64,000 bases of DNA from Mayamaea pseudoterrestris (GCA_027923505.1 BROI01000014.1:310001-374000), one strand, 5' to 3'; numbered from the stretch's first letter, positions 1 to 10,100 are shown. The notes: generated by a model not told the origin, from the letters alone. Numbers and translations: made by a program.

Positions 1-592
1 ACATTTCGGTAATGCATCCCATCCTACCAACCGGAAGCTTTGCGCAGTCCAAAATATATGAGTTGCTATTTCAGTGCATTTGGCGGTGGCACGACTTACC
101 AGCTCTCCAATGCTTGGAGCGCAAGATTTGCTCGTTTCATTTGCTGTTAGTGAAACCATTTACAGCCCATATATCGAGCTCCATGAGCAGGAAGCTATAG
201 TATAAAGTGCAAATTGCCGGTACTTCGAGAGGCACCTTTTCCGGCTTTCGTCGAATGGACGGGGGTTTCAAATTAATCGTGAAAAAATTAATCAACTTTC
301 GACTTCCGAGGCAGGCTACGCATCGCCAAAATGGTAGCACTACTTCCGCGACTTTCACTTGATCATGTTTAGCAGCGGTAGACGCGGAACTGCAAGTAAT
401 GTCGATGATCTTGGCGGGGATCAGAATTAAAGTTAGACAATCCGATGAGTTACGTAGCTGATAACACCGAGTGTCGCTCCGGTTCTGTCACACCCTCGTC
501 ACTTTCCACATCATCGCGAAAGCTGCTCGAAGATGAGCAAGGTCTGCGCAGCTTTTTTGCATCGACGCATCCATTATATATCAACGACCAAG

Positions 593-1618
593 ATGCAAGT
601 CTATACACTAGTAGCGTTAATAAGCTGCTGGAGTGGTTCTCATGCGTTTATAACGCAGCAGCACTTGTCTCCGCCGCGGCATTTCGCTTCTTCTCAATAT
701 TCTTTGGAACAACACACATCGAATGCAGCACACCGTCAGATGAGTCAACGGCATGGAGCCGTCAGCAGCAGCAAGGTGGACATGAATACTTACAATCTCA
801 ATGATCTAGAAACCATTGCCTCGGAATGGACTGCCAATGTCCTTCCAAAGACTGATTTTCTTGAAGCTGGAATTTACCTTGGGGCAAAGAATAGCAAGGA
901 GCTCTTTGTCGATACGATCAAACTGACGCTGCCTCGACGAATAGGACAAGGCATGGGACTAGAACTGCTGGAGCTAGCGGGTGGACGCGAGGATGGCAAA
1001 GGCATTACCATTGTATCGGGCATTGTCGAGGGCGGGTGTGCCGACGGTTCAAACGTTTTGCCAGGCGATTCCATCATCGAAGTTGCTGTCGTCAAGCAGA
1101 GTCAAACCTTTGATAATGGCATGACTGAAACGGAAGAAACGACTGCAGTTGTGACAGAATGCTTGGACTGGGATGGAACCATAGATGCCATCAAGTCACT
1201 GCCGCCACCCGAGAATGACAACGAAACGTTACAATTGACTGTGAAACGCCTTCGACGTAAGCCAAAGGTCAAGCTCCAGCTACAATATCCACCTGAAATG
1301 AACGAGCCTGACATTAAACTGGAGCTATTCGCCGGTGAAAACTTGCGACGGGCCATGCTTGTGCGTGGCGTGAAACTGAACGATCCCTTGTCCAAGCGCT
1401 TCGACAGCGGAGGCTCGGGCGACTGCGGAGCGGAAGGCACCTGCGCCACTTGCGCCGTTTCCATTGTTCGAGGAGACGAATTGCTGAGTCCGCAGGGAGT
1501 TCAAGAGTCGCAAATCTTTGTCAAGCATCCGCGATGGAGAATGGCGTGTAAAGCAATCGTTGGACAGGGCATGCGTGAGGGTGACCTTGTCGTTCGCATC
1601 AATCCTCGGCAGTGGTAG
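593..1618 (+). CDS. Plastid-targeted PDZ domain + 2Fe-2S ferredoxin fusion protein
   Basis: ATG 593 gives a signal peptide ending SHA-FIT (ASAFAP-like bipartite leader). PDZ-like GMGLELLE...IVSGIVEGG...VLPGDSIIEV is followed by ferredoxin GENLRRAML...CGAEGTCATC...RMAC. Confidence 0.85.
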   Translation: MQVYTLVALISCWSGSHAFITQQHLSPPRHFASSQYSLEQHTSNAAHRQMSQRHGAVSSSKVDMNTYNLNDLETIASEWTANVLPKTDFLEAGIYLGAKNSKELFVDTIKLTLPRRIGQGMGLELLELAGGREDGKGITIVSGIVEGGCADGSNVLPGDSIIEVAVVKQSQTFDNGMTETEETTAVVTECLDWDGTIDAIKSLPPPENDNETLQLTVKRLRRKPKVKLQLQYPPEMNEPDIKLELFAGENLRRAMLVRGVKLNDPLSKRFDSGGSGDCGAEGTCATCAVSIVRGDELLSPQGVQESQIFVKHPRWRMACKAIVGQGMREGDLVVRINPRQW

Positions 1619-1758
1619 AGCGATATATTATGTGCATATATTGGGAACTGACTATCTCATCCTCGCCAATGATTATTATACTAATACGACGCTAACGAGT
1701 TTAACTGGTAGTACTTTACAGCCAATCCATCCATGCGTAGCACTAGCTATTCCGCGAC

Positions 1759-2370
1759 TTAAAACGCACGCAACCATTCCCTTCCACTCAATCCCGGATA
1801 AAACTTGGGTCTAAAGTCTTGCCAATCCAGCTTTGCAATCAACCACTGTCCATCAGAGTCTCTCACTTCCAGCTGCAACCCCATGGTCACCAACAAGTTG
1901 TCGGACGACTTGTCTCGCAACTGCACCTCGACAAAGGCCTGTCCTTCCTGATAGTCGACGGGATCACTGGGAAAGTACGCGACAAAGTCTTCCGCCTTGC
2001 CCAGCAAAATGGCAAACTGATTGTCCGTCTTGGACATTGCCGACGTGAGCTTTTGACTGACGACGGTGGCATCGGCCGAAGCCTGCGCTCCGACGGCCTC
2101 GTAAATGGCGTTGCGCCAGCTGGGCGACGAGAGTTCAATCAAACTCGTGGCATCGGAAGCAGTCACCAAGTCGTTGAGCAATGTTTGCAAAAAGTCAATG
2201 GCGGCGGATGATGTGGACGTCTTGCTGTAGGACGAGCTCAGGCCGTTCACCTTGTCTTGATCCCAGCCGCTTCCGCCGCCGCCGAGCTTTAGTTTCGACG
2301 CGCGACTGGGACTCACGACGAAAGATAACGTTGGAGACAGCAGGAAAGAGAATATGAGTAGAAGCTTCAT
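1759..2370 (-). CDS. Putative plastid-targeted protein of unknown function
   Basis: 203-aa ATG ORF. Signal peptide MKLLLIFSFLLSPTLS-FVVSPSR has Phe at +1 and a Ser/Arg/Lys-rich transit-like stretch. C-terminal half is globular and beta-rich. Confidence 0.75.
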   Translation of the reverse strand: MKLLLIFSFLLSPTLSFVVSPSRASKLKLGGGGSGWDQDKVNGLSSSYSKTSTSSAAIDFLQTLLNDLVTASDATSLIELSSPSWRNAIYEAVGAQASADATVVSQKLTSAMSKTDNQFAILLGKAEDFVAYFPSDPVDYQEGQAFVEVQLRDKSSDNLLVTMGLQLEVRDSDGQWLIAKLDWQDFRPKFYPGLSGREWLRAF

Positions 2371-2569
2371 CGTAATGCCGACTGAAAGGGTAGATTCGTT
2401 GACGCTACAGGAACAAAGATATGGCCGCTCGGAAGATCACGTGACATGCATGCGATGATGCGCGCGTTTCCCAAACGCGGGACTGAAAGTGTAATTTATC
2501 AATCGCGCTTCGTTGTCGCTGCGACGTCGCCAAGCTCCTCTCCATGAAAAATCGGCGACTGTCACAACC

Positions 2570-3430
2570 ATGGGATTCTGGACGGCTGCTTGGGTCTCTC
2601 TCATTCTCAGCCGCCATGACAAGACACATTCATCTACAAGCGTTTTCAATAGCGACCAGAAAAAGTCGCTCGAATACTCTTGTTCTGCATGGTTGTCTCG
2701 ATCCGACGCTGCTCACTTGATTGACAACAAGCTGCTGCCTTCCGCCAAGTTTGGAGCTAGACTCAAAGTCAGTGGCGCAGTCAAAAGCAACAAGGATGAT
2801 TCAAAGGTCATGCTTGTCAATGATCCATCCTTGGAGCTTGCCTATGGCGAATTTCCTTTGCAAAGTTTGGATGCTTTACTCGATGCAGCCTTAAAGCATT
2901 TGAAGGACAAACGCAATGAAAGACTCACATTCTTGGATATTGGTTCGGGAGCTGGTCGAATTTGTTTGTATGCATCCATGACGCGACCTGGCTGGAATGT
3001 TTTCGGTGTCGAAATTGTGCTCTCGCTGCATGCGCTAGCAGTGCAAGCGGCTGATGCGGCCGTTGATGAAACAGTCGTTTCATCCGACGCGCAAGTACTT
3101 GAGAATGACTCTATTGCGTCTACTATACAGTTCTTTCATGGACCTGCGCAGGAATATATTCATATACTGCAGCAAGCTGATATCATCTTTTGCTACTCGA
3201 CCGTCTTTGACGCCACGTTCTCGCCGCAAGCTGGCGCCATGGTCTTGTCCCGGGGCTGGATGGAGCTACTGCAACATTGTCGACCAGGCACCATATGCAT
3301 TACCACTGACCGCTGCTGCGACCCAGCCTATGGCTGGATGCGGCTGGAAACAGTCGAGGTGGAGAATCGAGAAGTCATGGGCAGCACTGGCTATGTGCAG
3401 CAGCTTGTGAGTAAGGGGAAATACCAATAG
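2570..3430 (+). CDS. Class I SAM-dependent methyltransferase (DOT1-like motif arrangement)
   Basis: YGE motif, motif I FLDIGSGAGR, GVEIV and ADIIFCYST. First in-frame ATG is 2570 (the ORF track start is TTG). Confidence 0.75.
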   Translation: MGFWTAAWVSLILSRHDKTHSSTSVFNSDQKKSLEYSCSAWLSRSDAAHLIDNKLLPSAKFGARLKVSGAVKSNKDDSKVMLVNDPSLELAYGEFPLQSLDALLDAALKHLKDKRNERLTFLDIGSGAGRICLYASMTRPGWNVFGVEIVLSLHALAVQAADAAVDETVVSSDAQVLENDSIASTIQFFHGPAQEYIHILQQADIIFCYSTVFDATFSPQAGAMVLSRGWMELLQHCRPGTICITTDRCCDPAYGWMRLETVEVENREVMGSTGYVQQLVSKGKYQ

Positions 3431-3703
3431 AGCTTACAAAGTCATATCAAATAACAACATATCAACACCTATACACTTTCGCTTGCTATTTAGATCGTGA
3501 AACGCCTTGTTATATCGTGGTCAACGTACCCGTAAATACCCAGCCAGACCGCTCGAAGCATGATAGCTGTTAAGTACCGTAGCGACATATCTTGCGGCGT
3601 CCGACATCTCGCGCAACCATGAAGATCTGCTCCTGCGTCAGCCGAAATCACTTGACAAAGCATGGCAACCAGTCGACGCTTCTTGTCTCTGTTGCCCCTG
3701 AAC

Positions 3704-5554
3704 ATGAAACTTCGCTTTCCAGTTGCATCCCTTCTGACTTGCTTTACCACCACTAGTTCATTTACCGTCTCTAGCGCCTTTGTACCCTTGCGCGCATCAC
3801 CCTTTGCAATCTCACGATCCTTCATGACATCATCTGGACTCTTTGCCGGAGCAGCATCGACTGCTCCCTTTACGACATGGACCTTTGACAAGCCATGCAA
3901 CACCATGGAGTGGAACGAAATTGTCTCCGCCAAGCTGGAGACACAAGCGGGGGCTTCCGCGGAAGCGTTGGAGTCGGCCGACCTTGTCATTCTCGGCATC
4001 ATGGCGCCGCCAAGGGAAGAGACTGATCAAGACGAGGAGGAGGATGACGACAGTGAGGACAAGGAGGAGCCTCCTGTTTCACTATCGGGCGTTGCCTCTG
4101 AAGTCGATTCCAAGCTTGGCGGATCGCTCACGCAGCTGCTTACGGAGAATGCCAAGGCATTCAAGAACGGCGCCAAGGCGGGCACCACCAGTCCCACCTT
4201 GCGCACCGTTGGAGCTTCTCCCACCCGCTACATTGCCATGGGGCTTGGTGCAACACCAAAGGCTGCTGACAGCGACAAGAACAAAAATTCATTGGCGAAC
4301 ATGGGAGCGACGCTTGGAAAGGCTGTTGCCGAAAAGCTGCAAACGGAGAAAAAGGTCAAGACGGTCAAGCTCGTTTTGCCGGAATTAATTGCGGCGAATG
4401 CTGCCATTTTGGAAGACTTTTCCGCCACCTTTTACGCGACGCTGTACACGGACAATCGCTACCGCACCGGCGCCAAGGTGAAAAAGGTGGTCGAGGACCT
4501 TGAAAGTGTGACCATTGTCGCGGATGGAGGCGCCGATGTTTCGGCTACCGCCGCCGCCAAGGCTATTGAACGTGGCCAAATGCTTGCCAAGGGAATATTC
4601 TTGGCCAAGGATATTGTCAATGCGCCGCACAATGTGTTGAATTCTCTGTCCCTGGCGGAGACTGCCAAGCGCATTGCCAAGGCGAGTGGTGGAACCATTC
4701 AAATCAAAATCTTGGGCAAGAACGAATGCGAAAAGCTTGGCATGGGAGCATTCTTGGCAGTGGCGCGGGGAAGTGAAACGGAACCGCAGTTTATTCACTT
4801 GACCTACAAGCCGCCATCAGGAACTGTCAATAAGAAGATTGGTATTGTTGGTAAAGGCCTTCTTTTTGACACCGGCGGCTACAATATCAAGACGAAAATG
4901 ATGGAACTCATGAAGTTTGACTGTGGAGGCGCCGCTGCCGTCCTTGGAGCGGCACGAGCGATTGGCGCCATGCAGCCGGAAGGAGTGGAGGCTCACTTTT
5001 TTATCGCGGCGTGCGAAAACATGGTCAATGAAAAGGCTTACGTGCCGAGTGACATTTTGACTGCCATGAATGGCAAGACGATTGAAGTGATGAACACGGA
5101 TGCCGAAGGTCGTTTGACGCTTGCTGACGCTATCGTGTACGCCGACAAGGTTGTTGACTGCGAAACAATCATTGAGCTATCCACTCTGACGGGAGCGTGC
5201 ATGGCTGCTCTTGGAAAGGGCATGGCAGGCGTTTGGACTACCGATGAACCGTTGGCAAAGGAGATTGAGGCAGCATCCAAGTCGACGGGCGACAAGAGTT
5301 GGCGTATGCCCATGGAACAATCTTACAATGAGCAATTGGATAGTAAGTTTGCTGACATGAAGAACATTGGAGGCGCCTACGGAGGAGCAATTACAGCTGC
5401 CCTGTTTCTGCAAAAGTTTGTTTCAAAGAAGAAGCCATTTGCGCACATTGACATTGCTGGACCCGTATGGACCGAGAAAGGAGCAACTGGTTATGGAACA
5501 AAGCTTGTTGCAGAGTGGATACAGCAACAAGGTGCTACTAAAAAGGATGACTAG
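3704..5554 (+). CDS. LAP: Leucyl aminopeptidase (peptidase M17), plastid-targeted
   Basis: M17 motifs VGKGLLFDTGG, MKFDCGG, NTDAEGRLTLAD, LSTLTGA and AHIDIAG. Leader ...TVSSA-FVPLR. Start is 3704 or 3662. Confidence 0.95.
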   Translation: MKLRFPVASLLTCFTTTSSFTVSSAFVPLRASPFAISRSFMTSSGLFAGAASTAPFTTWTFDKPCNTMEWNEIVSAKLETQAGASAEALESADLVILGIMAPPREETDQDEEEDDDSEDKEEPPVSLSGVASEVDSKLGGSLTQLLTENAKAFKNGAKAGTTSPTLRTVGASPTRYIAMGLGATPKAADSDKNKNSLANMGATLGKAVAEKLQTEKKVKTVKLVLPELIAANAAILEDFSATFYATLYTDNRYRTGAKVKKVVEDLESVTIVADGGADVSATAAAKAIERGQMLAKGIFLAKDIVNAPHNVLNSLSLAETAKRIAKASGGTIQIKILGKNECEKLGMGAFLAVARGSETEPQFIHLTYKPPSGTVNKKIGIVGKGLLFDTGGYNIKTKMMELMKFDCGGAAAVLGAARAIGAMQPEGVEAHFFIAACENMVNEKAYVPSDILTAMNGKTIEVMNTDAEGRLTLADAIVYADKVVDCETIIELSTLTGACMAALGKGMAGVWTTDEPLAKEIEAASKSTGDKSWRMPMEQSYNEQLDSKFADMKNIGGAYGGAITAALFLQKFVSKKKPFAHIDIAGPVWTEKGATGYGTKLVAEWIQQQGATKKDD

Positions 5555-5902
5555 ATATATGAGTAGCTATCTAGCTGGTAAATTTGAAGTAAGAGTAGTA
5601 GTGGTAGGATCTCTCCGGACATGCTCCACGAGATTAATTGCACTGCCACAGTGACACGATGACGTTCTCAAACCCGTGTGTCTAAAATGACCTTGAATGA
5701 CCGTATCTCTGTGCGACATGATCTACCGGTAGCTTGCTTTGAGTTGTTGGCAATCTCAAGCGTACAGAGTACCATTATCAATTTCAACTGTCTGCAATTC
5801 CATCTTTACAACCTATACCGTAACGTGTCCACAGCTTTATTGATCCCATCTGGGTTTGTTATGACCCCAAACCTTACTGTTGCGACTCCAATGACTGGTG
5901 AT

Positions 5903-6338
5903 GTTTGCTTGCGCAAAGCGCGCAGAAGCCTTTGCCCCCTTGGATATTATAATCCACTATGCTATGGTTGTTTGCGCGCGCGAAGCGCGCAAAAAAGTCA
6001 TAGCTTTCTTTTAATCTATTGATCGTACCTCCCCGCTCTGCTATCATACATCATCTCATACCTTTAGCAACATATAACTACGACGCAATACTACGGTACA
6101 TGTCGTTGAATTGACTTTGTATTTCTTTCCTTACTTAATTTGCGTGCAAAGCGTGCTAAAGCCTTTATCTGCCCACTTCACCCATGTAGCTATCAGTCAT
6201 AGCTTTGCATGATTCATTTCATATCAGTGCAACCTGCATCCTCACTAGGGCGTTCACATTGACTGAGGTTGTTAGTGTGCGCGAAGCGCGCGAAAGCCAT
6301 CGCTCCATGTTAAACCGTTTATCCTACCACCTCCCCGC
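5903..6338. repeat. Degenerate dispersed repeat with GCGCGAAGCGCGC core (4 copies)
   Basis: Cores at 5911-5930, 5978-5999, 6144-6163 and 6279-6298. Segment 5966-6036 aligns with 6267-6338 over about 70 bp (GGTTGTT...ACCTCCCCGC). Confidence 0.75.
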
Positions 6339-6396
6339 GCCGCGAATGTGTTTTAAATGGGCGACTGATTGACATAATGAAAATAAAGCTAAATTT

Positions 6397-6423
6397 GTCG
6401 TTTCCACGATTGCCAGATGCGTC
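6397..6423 (+). promoter_or_regulatory. Conserved upstream block of beta-propeller paralogue 1
   Basis: GTCGTTTCCACGATTGCCAGATGCGTC, near-identical to 8323-8348 and at about the same distance (~150 bp) from the ATG. Confidence 0.55.
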
Positions 6424-6549
6424 AACAGGAGCTGATCGCCATGGTGTGGCATACAATACTGTGGCACGGCCCCTTGCTACCTCATCAACAATCACGAGAA
6501 GTCGTAGTGGAGGGCGCTACGGCATAGAAGGATATCAAGGTGATTTTTT

Positions 6550-8127
6550 ATGGCGTCATATAGTCTCGTTGACAACACAATGGCCAATAATTTCGAGATG
6601 GAGTCCGCCAATGCGGTATTTCCTATCGAGGAGAAGAAACCTGGTGAAAATACCTACTCGAGTCTGTTGCTGTTCGAGCACAATGAGCATGGATCAGACG
6701 AGGAAAATGTCAGCAACTCCCCGTCGTTGTTCGAGGAAAAGCAGGTCGAAGGTGCTGTTCTGAAGAAACAGCTGCGAAGAATTTCAATTGCCGCATTTGC
6801 GTTGCTGCTCGTTGGCGTGCTTTCTATTATCGTCTACTTGTACGCTCCACCGCGCAACATTGACAATAGTAGCAGCTCCGCCGAGCAGGAAAATATGGAC
6901 GTTGCGTCTATCGCCCGAACGGGTAGATTTTCGTCCTGTGACTTTGGGAACCAATTCTTCCCGGATTTTGTAGCAATCAGTTTGGACGAGGAGCTCGGCT
7001 TGGACCAAGACATCATTTCAAAACTTGCCATTTCTATGAGCAAAGATGGTTCAAAAATTGCGATTACTGCGCCCGAATGGAACAACAGTGTTCGTTTGAT
7101 TCGCAATCTTGGGAGCCCGGATCAAATGACGTTGCAATTGAATGTGCCTTTGGCACAGAAAATCTCGAGCATGGCATTGTCTGGCGATGGGAACTTTATA
7201 GTTGCAGGAGACGTGTTTTATACTGTCCTATTTGATGTCAACAAGATGGAGCAACTTCCTTTTCTGGATGTCATTGGCAATTACAATCGCAGCGAAGACT
7301 CTACGGGTTTTGTTATCTCCGATGTGGCGATCAATTACGACGCGACACGGTTAGCGATCGCGTATGGTACTAATGACACATCCACAGCTAGTTTTGGAAT
7401 GGGAGATGACCGACCCGCGTGGCAATGGACGAATTACACACCGGCCTTGACGGTCATCTACGAAGGCACGGCTAGAAATGGCATGGAGGAGGACTGGAAA
7501 GATAGTCAGTTTCCAATGTCCTATCAGACGGACAACTTTGGTTTGCAACTAGCCATGTCAAGCAATGGCAAGCGTGTCTTTCAGTCTACCGAACATGATA
7601 TCAGGAACCATCAAATGAACTTTATATACAGGGACGACTCCATGGACGCATGGTACGGTGCCATGGACTTTTTTGCACTACTTGATAACGATCAATGCAA
7701 AGATACAGTTTCCGACGTTACTGTTTCAGATAAAGGCACTGTTGCCGTTGTTGCTTTGCAGTGCTTAACGGACCATGATGGTGTCAGCGTGTATCTCTAT
7801 CCCGTCGTTGAATCATCCCCGCAGAGCGATCCAATGTCTTCTACATGGAACCGCCACCCCAAGCCGCTAGTTCGCAAGCTTGACACAAACTCGCTAAAGC
7901 CAATGTCCGTTACTATGGCTGGTGATGCTACTCTGACGATATTGGCTGTTGATGGAGTATTGCTGGAGAGGTTCGACGGCAAGCCTGGCGTGTCTTCGGA
8001 TGGTGTTGGAGGGACAATGCCTGCAGACACGACAATCACTGTCCAGATTTCGCAAGATGCTAATGTTGTTGCTCTCGGCACGGTAGATGCAACTAATGAA
8101 GGGAGTGTCTGTATTTTCAAGAAGTAG
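6550..8127 (+). CDS. Type II single-pass membrane protein with luminal/extracellular beta-propeller-like domain (paralogue 1)
   Basis: Acidic N-terminal tail, one TM (ISIAAFALLLVGVLSIIVYLY), repeated blade motifs (ISMSKDGSKIAI, MALSGDGNFIVAG, LAMSSNGKRVF, VQISQDANVVAL) and many N-x-S/T sequons. Confidence 0.8.
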   Translation: MASYSLVDNTMANNFEMESANAVFPIEEKKPGENTYSSLLLFEHNEHGSDEENVSNSPSLFEEKQVEGAVLKKQLRRISIAAFALLLVGVLSIIVYLYAPPRNIDNSSSSAEQENMDVASIARTGRFSSCDFGNQFFPDFVAISLDEELGLDQDIISKLAISMSKDGSKIAITAPEWNNSVRLIRNLGSPDQMTLQLNVPLAQKISSMALSGDGNFIVAGDVFYTVLFDVNKMEQLPFLDVIGNYNRSEDSTGFVISDVAINYDATRLAIAYGTNDTSTASFGMGDDRPAWQWTNYTPALTVIYEGTARNGMEEDWKDSQFPMSYQTDNFGLQLAMSSNGKRVFQSTEHDIRNHQMNFIYRDDSMDAWYGAMDFFALLDNDQCKDTVSDVTVSDKGTVAVVALQCLTDHDGVSVYLYPVVESSPQSDPMSSTWNRHPKPLVRKLDTNSLKPMSVTMAGDATLTILAVDGVLLERFDGKPGVSSDGVGGTMPADTTITVQISQDANVVALGTVDATNEGSVCIFKK

Positions 8128-8322
8128 CGAACATGCTCGGCTAAAATGGATCGAGGTTGAGCAAGCAATCCAAGCAATCCCCACAATGTCTTGTCCTAAA
8201 GCGTAAGGACCATTATTGACAGTGAGTAGTTGTCATTGATAATGCTCTACTAGCAAAATAATAGTAAATTGCGTCAAATAAATGACTTTTAATCGTGGAT
8301 CATTAAGTATTCATGAGAAAAG

Positions 8323-8348
8323 GTCATTTCCACGATTGCAAGTGCGTC
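8323..8348 (+). promoter_or_regulatory. Conserved upstream block of beta-propeller paralogue 2
   Basis: GTCATTTCCACGATTGCAAGTGCGTC, matches 6397-6423. Confidence 0.55.
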
Positions 8349-8473
8349 GCGCATGCTGCGATGACTCTCTCTTCATCCACCATGATTTTGAACAGCTCCA
8401 TTCTCCGCAACAACTGGCAGTGGAAACGTACGTGTATATACCATTCATACAAGGAGAAGAAGTGAGTCAAGGC

Positions 8474-10090
8474 ATGGTGGCGTATGCTCTCGTAGACAAC
8501 TCAAAGGCGAGCGATGTCGACAGGATTGACTGTGAACCAAACGCCGACGCTCTTGACGAGGAGGACAAGGAAGTTGGTGAACAGCTTGATCCAGCAGACT
8601 CTAAAGGTTTCCTATTCAAGCTAAGCGCAAATGGAACGTTTGATAAGTCTTCGCCGTCACTCGAAGCTTCGTGTCACGACGACAAGCAAAACCCAAGAGC
8701 TGCTTTGGAAAAGCAAACACGAAATTTACAGCTTGCGTTGGCGCCCGTCTTGCTGTTGCTGGTCACCCTGATCGGTATTGCCCTTTACTCGTACGCTTCG
8801 TTTCAAAGCAATGCAAGCAGTTATGGCAACAACAGACAGGAATCTCCGGCTTGTGGTCTTGGAGAAGCACTATTTCCAGAGTACAAGGCATTGAACATGG
8901 ATGAGGCGCTGGGTCTGGACAAACATAATGTGTCAAGTCTTACCATTTCTCTGAGCAAAGATGGCACGATTCTTGCCATTGTCGCTCCCGAATGGAACAA
9001 TAGCGTCCAGCTTACTCGCAAGCTCGGTTCAAGAAAACAAGTGTCCACATATTTTGATGTGCCTCTGAATGCGACAATCACGAGCATGACCTTGTCAGGA
9101 GATGGAACGCACATTGTGGCAGGGGGTGATTCTCACACTGTCCTTGTTGACTTGAAAAAGCAAGCACAAGTAACTTTCGAGGATATCATTGCTAACCGCA
9201 ACATCTCGGCGACTTTTTTCCAGGAACGGTTTATCGTTTCCGATGTGGCCATGAACCATGACGCTACAAGGTTTGCGGTAGCATATGGCACCAATGACAC
9301 TCATGGTGGTGTTTACGGTAGACCGGACGAGCGCGGTGAGTGGGAGTGGGATAACATGACGTCCGCCAAGGTCGTCGTCTTTGAACGAAATGCTTCCAAT
9401 ATTTGGCATTCTACAGAAGGTGGCACAACTTATCAAACTGACAACTTTGGTTTACAGCTCGCCATGTCGAATGACGCCGATCGAATATTTCTGTCTACGG
9501 AGCATGACAATAAAAAACACCAAATGAATTTTATGTTTATAGACAATGGGAGGTGGGGTGGCGGTGGCGACTTTTTCTCGCTTGTGAGAAACAAACAGTG
9601 CAACAACGCGAGGTCCGATGTAGCGGCTTCAAAAGACGGCATCTCTGTCATTGTTGCTGTACAGTGCTGGAATGAAGGGAATGATGGTTTTGTGTATGTG
9701 TACCCACTTGTGGAGGATCCTGCAGCTGAGATAGATTGGGATGCTCCATATTCAGTTAACTTTGGTTTTAATCTCGGATACTACAAATGGAATCGCAAGA
9801 TAAAGCATTTGACACACGACCTCGGTACTAATTCGTTACAGCCAATGAGCGTTATCATGTCTGGTGATGCTGCTTTAACGATATTGGCCATTGACGGAGT
9901 AATACTATCACGGTTCGACGGCGACGTTGCGACTTTGACCGCAGACTCTGAGAGGTCAGTTCCTGTTTCGACGGGTACAGCGCTTTCGATTGCAATCTCT
10001 GACGATGCCAGTGTTATCGTTCTCGCCACCACCGATGCCAAAACTGGAGGAAGTGTTTGTGTTTTGAAACGGAAGCGAAGATGGTTTTGA
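8474..10090 (+). CDS. Type II single-pass membrane beta-propeller-like protein (tandem paralogue 2)
   Basis: ATG 8474 (MVAYALVDN) aligns with paralogue 1 MASYSLVDN. Shared blocks: APEWNNSV, YGTNDT, YQTDNFGLQLAMS, STEHD, HQMNF, PMSVxMxGDAxLTILAxDG. Confidence 0.8.
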   Translation: MVAYALVDNSKASDVDRIDCEPNADALDEEDKEVGEQLDPADSKGFLFKLSANGTFDKSSPSLEASCHDDKQNPRAALEKQTRNLQLALAPVLLLLVTLIGIALYSYASFQSNASSYGNNRQESPACGLGEALFPEYKALNMDEALGLDKHNVSSLTISLSKDGTILAIVAPEWNNSVQLTRKLGSRKQVSTYFDVPLNATITSMTLSGDGTHIVAGGDSHTVLVDLKKQAQVTFEDIIANRNISATFFQERFIVSDVAMNHDATRFAVAYGTNDTHGGVYGRPDERGEWEWDNMTSAKVVVFERNASNIWHSTEGGTTYQTDNFGLQLAMSNDADRIFLSTEHDNKKHQMNFMFIDNGRWGGGGDFFSLVRNKQCNNARSDVAASKDGISVIVAVQCWNEGNDGFVYVYPLVEDPAAEIDWDAPYSVNFGFNLGYYKWNRKIKHLTHDLGTNSLQPMSVIMSGDAALTILAIDGVILSRFDGDVATLTADSERSVPVSTGTALSIAISDDASVIVLATTDAKTGGSVCVLKRKRRWF

Positions 10091-10100
10091 TCGCTCTAAA

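Noticed and set aside
1759..1775. C-terminal WLRAF as ligand for the neighbouring PDZ protein
   Set aside because: Arg at position -2 does not fit the canonical PDZ ligand classes; adjacency alone is not evidence.
5903..6338. CRISPR-like repeat/spacer array
   Set aside because: Copies are degenerate and irregularly spaced (67, 166 and 135 bp), flanks are partly homologous, there are no cas genes and the context is eukaryotic.
8282..8473. 64-aa N-terminal extension of propeller paralogue 2
   Set aside because: Paralogue alignment and the conserved promoter block place the start at 8474.
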